Counted from the whole stretch's first letter, positions 1 to 12,449 are shown. The stretch: 63,616 nucleotides of DNA, filler included, from Octopus bimaculoides (GCF_001194135.2; 8 parts of 8 records of this genome joined end to end with filler, not necessarily neighbours in it), one strand, 5' to 3'. Numbers and translations: made by a program. The notes: generated from the letters alone by a model not told the origin.

Positions 1-1482
1 ATATATATATATATATATACTGGTTCCGATCGAACGAAGGAAACTATATTTCTGTTGGATTTTTCCAATTGCTGAACTATCGCTTGGATACAAATCGTAA
101 TGGAAGCGACATACCAGAATTTGAACTCAGAATGCTCAAAACCAGTACTGATACTTCAAGGTAACCTTTCTAATGCTCTAGCAATTCCCCCATGTGCCAC
201 ACTTGTTATTATTTTTTTTATTTTTTGTTCACCAACCTCGAAAGGTCGCAGGTTTAACCACCAGGTAGTGGTTCTCACATTAACAGAATGGTCTGGAATT
301 TTGTCACGGAACTCCACTGTTTCTATTTATCATCTGCCGTCTTTTTTGTTTTGTTTTTACTTTCAGCATGGAACAGTTCCCATGTAACAGGCATGTTTTT
401 ATTTCTAACCGGGAATGAATGAATGAATGAATGAATGAATAAATAAATAAATGAATAAATAACTAAATAAATAAATAAATGATTCGGTGTTTTGTTTTTC
501 TCCCTCAGGTAGAAGAATCAGAACATTAGTTCCTCCGCCCAGAATTTAGTTCTTCTAAATCAATGTCCCATTAAATACAAGATTTAATTAAAACGCTCCA
601 AAGTTGAAGCAATAAATTTCTCAAAGTTTAATTTTCAATATCAAGAATATTTTAATAATCAATCTCAGTGTAAAATCTTCAGCGGTCTGCGATAAAGATA
701 TTCGTCTTCGACATGTACAAATAGGTGACATTCTGACGTTGTTTTTTGGTATCTCTTCTGTATTTGATATTACTAGAATTGAGTGTGTGGGGAGGGAAGG
801 GGGTATTTTTGAATTGATGTTTCTATTTATTTATTTATTTATTTATTAGTAATGTAATTTCACTGGAAAGAAGGGAAATGACAAGCTGCTAGTGAAAGGG
901 ACTATTCAACAGTAACATCCACCGGAGATTTGTCTGTACTAATCTTTATTTGAATCTGTCAAAAAACAAAATAATAAAATATTCAAACAAGATGGCAGAA
1001 AATGGCAGATTTAAGATTATAAAACAAGAATAAAAGAAAGTAAGGAAGGAAGGAAGGAAGAAAGAACGAAATTATGAAATCTCTAGAACGACAGAGCAAA
1101 GCAGTTAATTATAAGAGACAAGAGGTCAGTATATGGAATAAGAACAACAACAAAACATACAGCAACACGCAGTGAGCATGGAGCAGTATAGAGAAGGGAG
1201 GTTATTCGTGGAGGGCTAGTGCGCCATTATGCACTGGTTTACTAAGTCATTACAAAGTCATCAAAAGAGAAATAGCGAGAGGTTATATGGAAAGAATGTG
1301 ATTATTGTTTAGCCAAACTACCATGACTGTGGTCATAAGAATTGGTTGAGTAAACCTCCTTGAAATCATTGCCTTTATTTCATTTGTTGTCAACTAAGCT
1401 GCTTGTCACAGTTGATGTCACTGGCAAGTCGCTAGAAAAAAATGTTATTTATATATTTATTATCATTTTATTATTGTTTTTT

Positions 1483-1876
1483 TGGTTCAGTAATTTGACT
1501 ACATTCATGTTGGAGCACCGTCTTAAAGGAATTTTTGTCGAAGAAATCGACCGCAGGACTTATTCTTTGTAAGCCTAGTACTTATTCTAGCGGCGGATTC
1601 TTTTGCCGAACCGCTACGTTACGGGGACGTAAACATACCAACGCCGGTTGTCAAGCGATGGTGGGGGACAAGCACAGACACAAACATAAACACACACACA
1701 CACATTTATACGACAGGCTTCTTTCAGTTTCTGTCTACCAAATCCACTCACAAGGCATTGGTCAGCCCGAGTTTGTAGTGGCAGACACTTGTCCAAGGTG
1801 ACATGCAGTGGGAGTGAACCCGGAATCATGAGGTTGTGAAGCAAGATTCTTTTACCACACAGCCACGCCGGCACCT
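1483..1876 (-). mobile_element. tRNA-derived SINE family A (CORE-like centre, internal microsatellite), near full length
   Basis: Reverse complement of the head GGCTGTGTGGTAA..GAACCCGG..CCTTGGACAAGTGTC and the tail AATAAGTACTAGGCTTACAAAGAATAAGTCC..GGTGCTCCA; the same element recurs more than 15 times in the window. Confidence 0.85.
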
Positions 1877-1878
1877 AT

Positions 1879-1894
1879 AGATCGGAAGAGCGTC
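1879..1894 (+). other. Illumina adapter remnant
   Basis: AGATCGGAAGAGCGTC immediately before an N run and poly-T; matches the start of the TruSeq adapter AGATCGGAAGAGCGTCGTG. Confidence 0.9.
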
Positions 1895-1921
1895 NNNNNN
1901 NNNNNNNNNNNNNNNNNNNNN

Positions 1922-1960
<39 letters not shown>

Positions 1961-2887
1961 TTATTGTTGATAGATTGCATTGTGTATTTTTAACTCTCCT
2001 GTTTCCAGGTTTCGAAACCTCAGTATTTACAAAGCAAACACAAAAACGAAACAGTCAAGTTTATTTCAAAACCGCTCACGCCTCATCCCCCAAAAAGCGG
2101 GTGAGCACTTTGGGGATGTAGTCCTAGATTTATATCTCCTAAGAAAACGATAAGATCGTTACGGTTTCAAGCTCGGTGAGCTCGATCAAAAATGGATTAT
2201 GTTCAAATAACAATAACTCAGGCTAATGGAATTTTTTCAGTGATTTTTTTTTGTCATCATAGCTATTCTATGCTTTTCACTGAGATTGGTTTTTAATTAT
2301 AATTTCAAAGTAATTTTATAACTACCCGTATTGTATATTGTTGTTTAACCCCAGGTCAGCTCAAATCAAGATCGTTCTTGTTCTAACCATCTATTTCCTT
2401 TTCTTTGTCTTCGACTACATTATTTAACGCATATTTTCTTTAAGGTTATAGGTGTACTTGGAGAAAGATTTCGTTACTATTTTCAGCAGGTCTAGTATCG
2501 GCATAGATTATGTATCTACAAATCATACACTTAGATCAAGTAGCTTCATTAGTATATTTCGAAATATCGAAAAAAATATAGCAAAAAACCTCTCGCCTGT
2601 GCCTTTACAAAGAAATTATTATCAAAACAGAAACAACACTGCAATTATTTCACCTGAAATTTCACTGCACATTTTATTCTTTCGGAAAATTGCTCTAAAT
2701 GAAAGGGTTTTCGCCATTTCTTAAGCTGGACAGAAAGGTGCATTTTTGAAGGTAATGAACATTAAGTGAAATGGACATTAAGTTTTTTCACTTCTTAATG
2801 TTACTTTCCTTTCTTTGGAGATTACTTTATCCATATTGGTTACACTCGTACTGGCTTTACCCTTTTAAAATCAGATTTGATCTGACC

Positions 2888-4304
2888 CACATTAGACAGT
2901 GCATGTTGTATGAATTCTTCAGCAATGGAAGAGGCAAAAAATATACATTCTGTCTATGGAAATTTTTCTCTCGCAGATTCCCCTTGATCCGTACGATCAA
3001 AGTCTGTCATTATTGAAATTCTGAAAATCGCATTTGAGGAAAATTGAAAGCAAACTTTACGAGAGTGAGCAAAACAGGGCAATTCAAGTCATACTTTGAT
3101 CATAAGACACTTTCATGAACTAGGAAAGGTGTCTAAACTTGGTCAGTTGGTCCCTTATCATTTCACTGCTTCTCAGTTTAATCAAACAGTTGTCGTCGGC
3201 TCGCCATTGAAACTTTCAATGGTAGAATCGTCACAAGTGAGGAAAGTGGCTTTCCTATAATCATATCCAACTAAAATAACAATGGTTTGCACCCAATGAA
3301 AAGGGAAAACACATCCCCAAACCAAGACAACACCAGAAAAATGTTATTCTCTGTGTTTCATGAGATATGAAGCGTGTCACCTATCATGAAGTGTTAAACT
3401 AAAAGGTGGTAGTTAATGTGTATTGTCGTCAATAGGAAGCATTGCACAAAAATTTGCAATAAGATCGCTCATTACACTGTGTAACAAAATTCAATTATTT
3501 ATTACTATTTTTTTTTTTTGCCTCTGGTCAGTAAATGTTATTTCTTATTTGCTTCTGTCTACAAATCAAAGGAAATGACTACTATTCCCTTCTAACTTTG
3601 CTTTTGTCACCTGGACATTAATGGTTTGGAGTTCTACCTATTTTCCATTACATTTCAGATTCATCGCTCAGCTGCTGAAGCAGAAATGTTATAGCAGATA
3701 TTCTACTCAGTACCACAGATTTGTGCGTCAGTTGCTTGACCGTAACCACCTAATCATGTCGCTTAGTTGCTAACAATATGTGCATCTCTGACGATGAGCA
3801 GGAGTAGTGGGGGAGCATCATGCTGAGAGGGATTCTTTGGGGGTTTGAATAATTGTAACAAAATGAAATTCTGAAGGAAATATTAGCCATTTTTCATACT
3901 TTCTGCGGGTAAGCAAATAGGAAATAATAGTTGCTACTCAAGGACAAAATTCGTGTTACACAGTGTTGTTGATCAGTCGTAAAGGGGTGTTGCTCCTACA
4001 AGATAATGCAAGACTACCTATTGCCCAGGTGACTCGGGGAAATATTATGGTACCGAATATGGAAGCTTTGCTTCATTTTTCTTAATCTCCTGACCTTGTC
4101 CTATCTAGCTATCATTTTCTTTTTCAGATCAGTGCAACACGATTTAGATAGAAAACCGTTTATGTTAATTGAGAAAAGGATAAAAATAATATTAAGTGTC
4201 TCATTGCTCCGAAACCTAAAAAAATTTATGCCCGGGAGATCAGCAATTTGCGAAACAGATGGGATAATGTTATCAATAATGAGGGAAAATATTATTTTGA
4301 TTAA
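2888..4304 (+). pseudogene. Decayed mariner (DD34D-type) transposase, interrupted by an insertion
   Basis: Frame-broken peptides: HIRQCMLYEF / AMEEAKNIHSVYG; RHFHELGKVSKLGQLVP (WVPHEL region); RIVTS-E; PKPRQHQKNVILC; after the insertion RKGVLLLQDNAR, SPDLVLSSYHF, and ..RWDNVINNEGKYYFD* with stop at 4302-4304. Confidence 0.85.
3493..3952. mobile_element. Non-autonomous element with inverted ends nested in the mariner relic
   Basis: Left end TTTTGCCTCTGGTCAGTAAATGTTATTTCTTATTTGCTT is approximately the reverse complement of right end AAGCAAATAGGAAATAATAGTTGCTACTCAAGGACAAAA. ACAAAATTC occurs at 3484-3492 and 3944-3952. The same end recurs at about 14065-14105. Confidence 0.55.
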
Positions 4305-5539
4305 ATATACCAATTACGACCAAAGAATCATTTGTTTCCTTCCTATCTTAAACTGCAAGAAGACTTTTTTTTTCCCTCCAACCAAGTATAAAAGTATTCC
4401 TTTTTATTATTACATATAAAACGTCTACTGTATTTTTGCAATTATTACCAGTGGAAGAGGAACAGCCTCTTACCTATTACAGCAATAAATAAGGTAGCAC
4501 TGTAAAGGTGTTTTTCCTCCAACGTTTCATTAAATTTACTTGTTATTATTGATCAGATATCAATATAGCGCATTTTATTGGAAACTGCTTAAAAAAAACT
4601 GCACAACTCCTTGAATGTAATAATAATAATAATAATAATAATGATGATGATGATGTTAATAATAAATCAATAAATGCATGCTTTCGAGGGATTGGCAGAA
4701 TATCTTATAAGACGCTTGATTTACGACGAGAATAACTTCACTTTCAAACAGAGTTTAACAAATTGGGATTTTTAAAGTAATCTTTCTTCATAATATTCCG
4801 TTGAAGTTATTAATTTTACTGCCAGAACAGGTTTTTTTTGTTTTTTTTTTGTTTTTTGTTTTTTTGCAAAAAAGTCGAGAAAAATGTATAACGATTAATA
4901 ATATTTTAAAATTTTCTCATAATGATATTTTAAAAATTCTTATAGAGCACATTACAAATATCCATTTATTTATCTTTTTTGATAGCTTCATTTTAGGTGC
5001 ACTCATTTATTTATTTATTTAATTATTTATTTATTCATTTATTTATTTCGTCAGCTGTATAAAAAATGGAATTATATATTTGATATTCTGTCACCAGACA
5101 TATATGTCTTTTGATTATCACTTCAACTGATGTTTACCTTTATAATTTTGTACCTATTCTCGATATGTAACTGAAGGCAAGCATACGGAATTTTACAACA
5201 CACCAGCATTGGATTTGAACTCACAGTACGTTCATTGGGAATCCATTAAACTACTACTTGATCATCTCACTTTTGTACTGCGATTTAACTATCAAATAAG
5301 ATTTATTGGCCATCAGACATCATCAATCAGAATACCTACCCCCTCACGGAAGTAGATCTAACTTCTATGCACCGAATTACTATTAAATATTAACCATAGG
5401 ACCAGGTACTGCACCCATCCATGGTTTGATGGCCCGTGGTAAAGAAGTTAATTCGAAATCATGGGGATATGAAGTGTGAAACCCACTTTTAATTTCCCCA
5501 TTCATTGTTGAGAAACAATAAATTTAGTCCACCTTAAGT

Positions 5540-5930
5540 AGGTCTTCCCTGTATGATTCATAGAAGTGTATCGTTTCGGATGGGTTGTCTGGACCAAAAC
5601 CACCCTTTCTCTCCAAGCCTTCCTCTCTTCCATGATATTTTTGAGGTTTTCTATTTGTAACTCGACATCGCGCGAGAGCAAACCCAGAATGTACGTCATT
5701 CTGGGCCAGCCAACATCAGAATTCTCATGGCTCAGTATCCACAAAAGAAGCTCACTCAGTAATTCATCTTTGTTTTGATAGCAGTGATCAGCATATTTTT
5801 TCCTTCTACTCTTCAATGAGCAATGATATTTTGGGAATATTTCCATCAAGCTCTTCATTCGTTGAGTGTTTCTTTCCATGATTTTCTGAGAACATCAAAC
5901 AATATAGGTATGTTAGGTCTCATCAGGTTT
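5540..5930 (-). mobile_element. RTE-type non-LTR retrotransposon, 3' end of ORF (decayed)
   Basis: Frameshifted KSW..STNEELDGNIPKI, then SLKSRRKKYADHCYQNKDELLSELLLWILSHENSDVGWPRMTYI..LSRD..L.NIMEERKAWRERV; resembles the RTE C-terminal RR.RFAGHC..RGRP.TY..AM.DR..WR pattern. Confidence 0.7.
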
Positions 5931-7147
5931 GCTTTATACCTTCTTTTATCAGGGTCGACGAGTCCTTTTCTTCATGGAAGTAGTTTCCACGTTTCTTCTC
6001 TCAATTCTTCAGTTACAACTACAAGCTAGTAAAATACTGAGCAACAGCAATATTCGAAGTGCCTTCCATCATCGATAAGAATCGATGCTGGAGGTTGCGG
6101 AAACTTATTTCACTGCTGGCGATATAAACAAGAGTGCATTTTGCACCAAAAAGCCAATATGAGAGTTTCTCTCATGGTAATTACCGCAGTAATATTTGTT
6201 CTAATAGAACATCCACGTTTAAGTGGTTTTAGATATTACCTCTCAGTATTAATGCTACCTCTGTCGCTAATATATTTTTTAACAAGCTAAGTAACTAACA
6301 GTCATACCAGCTCCTGTTCCGGCACTGTCAATCCATATATCACTGGCAGCGAGATGAATCGCTGCTGACTCTAGTGGTCGAGTGTCCATCATTGATAAGA
6401 CCAAAGAAGGTCGAAATCGCGTGATCTGGTAGTCTCGGCGCTGGAAATAGCAGAGCTTTATCTCCCCGTTAGCGATATAAGTAAGAGTACATTTTGCCCC
6501 AAAAAACCATCATGAGAGTTCCATTCATGCTAAGTACCGCACTATAGTCTGTTCTGATAGAACATCAACATTTAAGTGGGGAAAAACAATACTTCTCAGT
6601 AAACCTTTCATTCTCCGTCCTCGTCCTTGTATTTGTTGTTTCTTGGTGTTTCGTCAATAACCAAAGGTTCTAATCATTACCAACCTGTCGCTTCAGGATT
6701 ATATATATATATATATAAAAGAACAATATCGAAAGTGTACTTTCCTTCTTCAGAACATTAAGTTATGATTTAAGGGAGATAGATTGATGTTGCTATTATT
6801 TTCCACCAGTCTGAATGAGTTATGGTTAATTATTTTTTATCACAATACGGTACTTATGATAGAATAGTCTTCAGACACATTAAGAGATGACAGATATGCT
6901 GACAATGTTTTGTTTCTGTACTACAGAAAAAAGATGTATGTATGTATGTATGTATGTGTGTGTGTGTGTGTGTACTATGTTTGTATAGTATATTTATGCA
7001 TGTATGAACACACACACATACACATAGAGAATATGTATTCGGGTATATATGTGTATATATATATATATAATATATATTTATCTATCTATCTATCTCTCGC
7101 TCTTTCTATATATGTATGTATATCTATATATAAATTTTTTATATATG

Positions 7148-7193
<46 letters not shown>

Positions 7194-8080
7194 AATATAT
7201 ATTTACATATAAGTACATTATACGACCATATATGCAAATATATATATACATGCATACATACATACATATATATATATGTGTATGTATATATAAGTGTGTA
7301 TCTATCTATCCATATATATGGGTGTGTGTGTATGTANNNNNNNNNNTATGCAAATATATATATACATGCATACATACATACATATATATATATGTGTATG
7401 TATATATAAGTGTGTATCTATCTATCCATATATATGGGTGTGTGTGTATGTATATATATATGCATGTATACACGAATGTATGTCAGTCTGTCTGTATGTA
7501 TGTCTGTATGCATGTATGTATGCATGCATGCATGTATGTATGTATGTATGTATGTATGTATGTATGTATGTATGTATGTTGCATAACGTCAGCTTATCGA
7601 GGACCAGACTATTATCGGCTTGGCAGCTGTGAGTCTCATCAGATACAAGACCAAAATATTATGGAATTAGCAGCTGGGACTATCTGGGAGATGATACTCA
7701 TCAGTTAGAGGAGCCGAATATTATGGAAATGGCAGCTGAAACTCTCTGCGATGCAGTAAAATTCTAAAATTCTAACAAATAAGAAAGCTGAACTGTTTCT
7801 AGTTATAATGCTAAACTTTCGAATCTACATTCGAACGGAGATTTAATCTACGTAATAGTATATAATACTATTAAAAATGCACATATGTATGTGTATATAT
7901 GTATGTGTATATATGTATGTGTATGTGTAGGTATATATTTTTAAGTACTTACGTATATATACACACACACACACGCACACACACACATATATATATATAT
8001 ATACATACATGCACGCATGCATGTATGCATGCATGCATGCATACATACATACATACATACATAATACATACATACATACA

Positions 8081-8111
<31 letters not shown>

Positions 8112-8190
8112 GTTATACTGTTGATGTAAGAATCAAATAAACTTGGAGAGACAGTAAAACAATTCTATCTTTGGTATATCTCGAAGCACA

Positions 8191-9058
8191 TACTGGGTGC
8201 GGTGAATAAACTGTCGTTTGAATTACACAAATATGAAAATAACACTGATATCTCATTTTAACAGATATATTTACCAAAATTACATAAAAATCTTGAAATA
8301 CTAAAGAGTAAATTTATTCAATAAAATCGCCATTGGCTTCAACCACGGCCTCCAGACGACTTCGGAATCTCCTACAACTCTTCTGGATAGTCTCCTTATT
8401 GAAGCTGGTGAATGCTGCCATAATCCTTGCCTTCAGTTCCTCTTTGGTGTTACAAGGAGTTTTGTTGGTCTCTTGCTCAACTGCGCCCGTTTCAGTCTTG
8501 GGAGTTAGGTGGCCAGATATTAGGGGTGATGTGATCGCAGAAATTGTCTAACAGCCAGGACTGACTTCTGCTTGTGTAGCATGGTGCAGAGTCCTGTTGC
8601 AAGACATATGGTTTTCCAGTAGTCACCCTCTTGAGCCAGGGCAACACTACCTCCTCCAGACACTTGGTTTAGGTCTCCGTGTTGATTCTGAGGCCGCGTG
8701 GAAAGATGAATTGAGGCATAACGTCGCCATCACTAGTGATCACTCCAAACACCATGATGTTGACTGGATATTTGATTTTTATCACGCTCGGTACATGTTC
8801 TCATATTGCACTGTTCTCAGATTGGCACCCAAACACTCTGAAATGTTCGTATTGGAACTTCCGACTCGAATGCCAAGCAGTACCGCATGTCGATTCCAAA
8901 TTTCTGGCAGAGTGAATTGCGTCATGGTGCTGTTTTTCTCACAGACGGTGCCCAACTAATCCCACTATACTGTGTAGTCAACAAAATCAAAAACAAACAA
9001 TGCGCATGCGCTACATTAGATGTATAAAATGGTGACAATTTACCCATTGCATTTTGTA
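8191..9058 (-). mobile_element. Internally deleted Tc1/mariner-superfamily element (maT/DD37D-like) with TIRs
   Basis: TA-flanked imperfect TIRs (TACTGGGTGCGGTGAATAAACTGTC versus reverse complement of GGTGACAATTTACCCATTGCATTTTGTA). The minus strand reads WPPNSQD..GAVEQETNKTPCNTKEELKARIMAAFTSFNKETIQKSCRRFRSRLEAVVEANGDFIE*. Confidence 0.8.
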
Positions 9059-9951
9059 TATAAAGCTAGAAATTATAGCATATGAATATTGAGTCGAAAA
9101 GCCAAAAAGGTTTCTCAAACCAATATTTACTTGCTATTATTTATAGCCTTATGTATGTGCTTCGAAATATCCCCAAAAAGAATATATGATATATATTTTA
9201 AAAGGATTTTATTCAAATAACCATTGTACATATGTTTAATAACATACTTACACGTTTATTAAGACATACATACACCCTGCGCTGTTTGAAAGTCTGCATC
9301 GCAGCTACTTCGTTCTAAATTCGATCACACTGTTGTTTACCTAAGGCAAACATCTTCTGTCAGAGTCACTCGTCGTTAAATAAGGTTGGCGGTAACTTAA
9401 GTTAAAACCCTTCGAATGGATTGAACCCGTTTCCTGTTCTTCGATGCTAGACTTAATCTTTCCCCTGCTGTGACACGCCCACTTGTGTTCACTCCTTAGG
9501 TGCCTTTGATCGAGTCCCATCTGTTACCAGCAGTGGAACCTGGTTTATGGATTCTTCCTCCTTTTCCTTAGTCTCAGAGATGCTACAAGAAGATCGTTCA
9601 TGCTCCTCTCCTCGACCTTCGACTGAGCTTATAACGAAAAACAAACTAAATACGGTTTGAATAAGGCTTATAAATGGAGTCGAGTTCATATTTGTGTATT
9701 TTTCGAAGCGCCGTCAATGTTGGACTTAATGGCAGCATTTAATGAACAAGGAAGAAGAGAAAGAAGAGAAAAAGAACAAGAATAAAAAGAAAAATACAAC
9801 AACTACAACAGCAACAACGACGACGACAACAGATGGCGCTCCAGGAGCAGGAGCAGGATGAAAGAGAGTCGGAATTTGATTCGACTTTGAGAGTTTTCTA
9901 TAATATTTCATCATTTATTGGTTTCACCATTAAACGGTATTGTCTGGGAAA

Positions 9952-10085
9952 TCTAAAAAGTCAGTTGAGCAAGATTAATAACAACAACAATAACAACAAC
10001 AACAACAACAATAATAATAATAACAACAAATACAACAACAACAACAACAACAATAATAATAATAATAATAATGATGATGATAATG

Positions 10086-10137
<52 letters not shown>

Positions 10138-10138
10138 C

Positions 10139-10176
<38 letters not shown>

Positions 10177-10200
10177 CAATAATAATAATAATAATAATCA
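9952..10200. repeat. (AAC)n/(AAT)n microsatellite block
   Basis: Direct reading; source of the poly-N/L/I ORFs. Confidence 0.95.
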
Positions 10201-10614
10201 GAGTTCAATATTTTGTGGCTATTTTTCTGAGTCAACATGACTCAACATGGATGGATATTATTTCATTCTCTGTATTTTTCTCTCCCATTTCGTCTGCATC
10301 CGCCCGAGCACCCGCGCACCACCTCCCCACCAACGGCCACCACCCCTCGCCTCGCCTCGCCTCGCCTTTCTTTCTCTAATCATTCTCCCTTTATCCTATT
10401 GGTCGCTTACGTTTGAACTATTTCACACATTTATCTTTATTTGTATTTATATTATGTTTCTAGGTTGTTGTTGTTGTTGTTATTTTGTTATGGTGGGATT
10501 TTTTTTTTCTGTACACTACTATGGCCCTTTGTAATTTTATGTTCCCCCCACCAATATCCCCTCATTTGTCGTCCTTGTGGCTATAAAATAAACCATTATT
10601 ACTATTATAAAGTA

Positions 10615-10676
10615 TTGTCGTCATATTCGTCATCATTATCACCACCTCCTCCACTATCGTCATCGTCGTCGTCATT

Positions 10677-10708
<32 letters not shown>

Positions 10709-10786
10709 TATCATCATCATCATTATCATCATCGTCGTCATTGTCATCGTCATGTCATCATCATCATCATCATCATCATCACCACC

Positions 10787-10868
<82 letters not shown>

Positions 10869-10870
10869 CC

Positions 10871-10904
<34 letters not shown>

Positions 10905-10960
10905 TCATCATCATTGTCCTCGTCGTCGTCATCGTACCCCGTCATCGCCGCCGTCGTCTC
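10615..10960. repeat. (CAT)n/(CAC)n/(CGT)n microsatellite block
   Basis: Direct reading; source of the poly-H/S/D/M ORFs. Confidence 0.95.
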
Positions 10961-11964
10961 ATTGCTTGCCTCATTCCCCCTTATTCGCTGAAAAGCGTCC
11001 AATATTCTTAGCAGATGGATAATATAGGGAGCATTTATTCAGTCAGTCATGCATGATTACGCACACACACACACACACAATCTTACACATGTGTGTTTAT
11101 GTATGCGTATGTGTGTGTGTGTATTGTGTGCGTGTATGTATGATGCAAATATATATATATATGCCCCAGTATGCCAGCAGCTGAAAGGCTACAACGTATA
11201 AAAGACATAGAACTANNNNNNNNNNNNNNNNNNNNNNNNNNNNNNNNNNNNNNNNNNNNNNNNNNNNNNNNNNNNNNNNNNNNNNNNNNNNNNNNNNNNN
11301 NNNNNNNNNNNNNNNNNNNNNNNNNNNNNNNNNNNNNNNNNNNNNNNNNNNNNNNNNNNNNNNNNNNNNNNNNNNNNNNNNNNNNNNNNNNNNNNNNNNN
11401 NNNNNNNNNNNNNNNNNNNNNNNNNNNNNNNNNNNNNNNNNNNNNNNNNNNNNNNNNNNNNNNNNNNNNNNNNNNNNNNNNNNNNNNNNNNNNNNNNNNN
11501 NNNNNNNNNNNNNNNNNNNNNNNNNNNNNNNNNNNNNNNNNNNNNNNNNNNNNNNNNNNNNNNNATATATATATATATATATATATATACGTATGTATGT
11601 GTGTGTGTATATATATATATATGTGTGTGTGTATGTATGTCTATTACGTATGTATATTATGTATGTATGTATGTATGTATGTGTGCGTATACTTATGTTC
11701 TGTCCTTTGCAAAATGGAAGACGGTCACTAACAAAGTGGCAAAGACTCTTTTTGTTTGGAGTTATGACAGGTTTAAAGTTTTGTGAATTATTGAACTCAT
11801 TGGTTTCTGCATGTGTGTGTGTGTGTGTGTGTGTGTGCGTGCGTGTGTGCGTGTGTGCGTGTGTGTGTCTGAACCCTGTTACTTTGGTGCATAAATGCGT
11901 GTACTTCATTACATGTGCTTCATTACTGCTTGTATGTATGTGTGTATGTGTGTGTTATTATTAT

Positions 11965-12130
11965 TATTGTTGGTAGAATCATTATCATGCCGGAGGAACT
12001 GTTGAACAGCATTTCGTTCGTCTTCATGCTCTGTACTATGCCACCGAGGTCAACTTTGCTTTTCATCCTTTCGGGGTCGATAAAATAAGTACCAGTTGAG
12101 CACTGGAGTCGATATAATAGATTTGCCCAT
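11965..12130 (-). mobile_element. tRNA-derived SINE family B (Meta-domain-like core)
   Basis: Contains GAGGTCAACTTTGCTTTTCATCCTTTCGGGGTCGATAAAATAAGTACCAGT..CACTGGAGTCGAT, the family B core resembling the MetaSINE domain. Note the core reads on the + strand here and the head is degraded; strand call uncertain. Confidence 0.6.
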
Positions 12131-12449
12131 CTCTTCAAATTTCAGCCTAAAGTAAAAAGGAATATTATTTTTATCATTATTATTGTTGTTGTTGTTGTTG
12201 CTGTTGTTTTCATTAGTATCTTCATTTAATTCTGTTTCCATTTCATGCCGAGTGTTTTCTTGACACCTAGAGCAAAGAAAAGTACTGAATAGATTGGTAG
12301 GCCATTAAAATAAGCACACCAGATTATTCATTTACAAAATCATGCGATAGAGAAAAGAGGGAAGAAAAACAGAGAGAAAGGGGAAAAAATAAAGAATAAA
12401 AAAGTGAACAAAGAAAATAAAGGAGAAAAAGGGAAAGAAAATTCACAGC

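Noticed and set aside
6910-8130. ORFs rich in Y/I/M/V/C/H/T (and all similar ones across the window)
   Set aside because: Translations of (AT)n, (GT)n and (TATG)n microsatellites or read-through across N runs.
9833-11022. Poly-N, poly-H, poly-D and poly-S ORFs, including MALQEQEQDERESEF..
   Set aside because: Trinucleotide satellites are open in several frames on both strands; no flanking domain. The short unique start is covered by the candidate first-exon finding.
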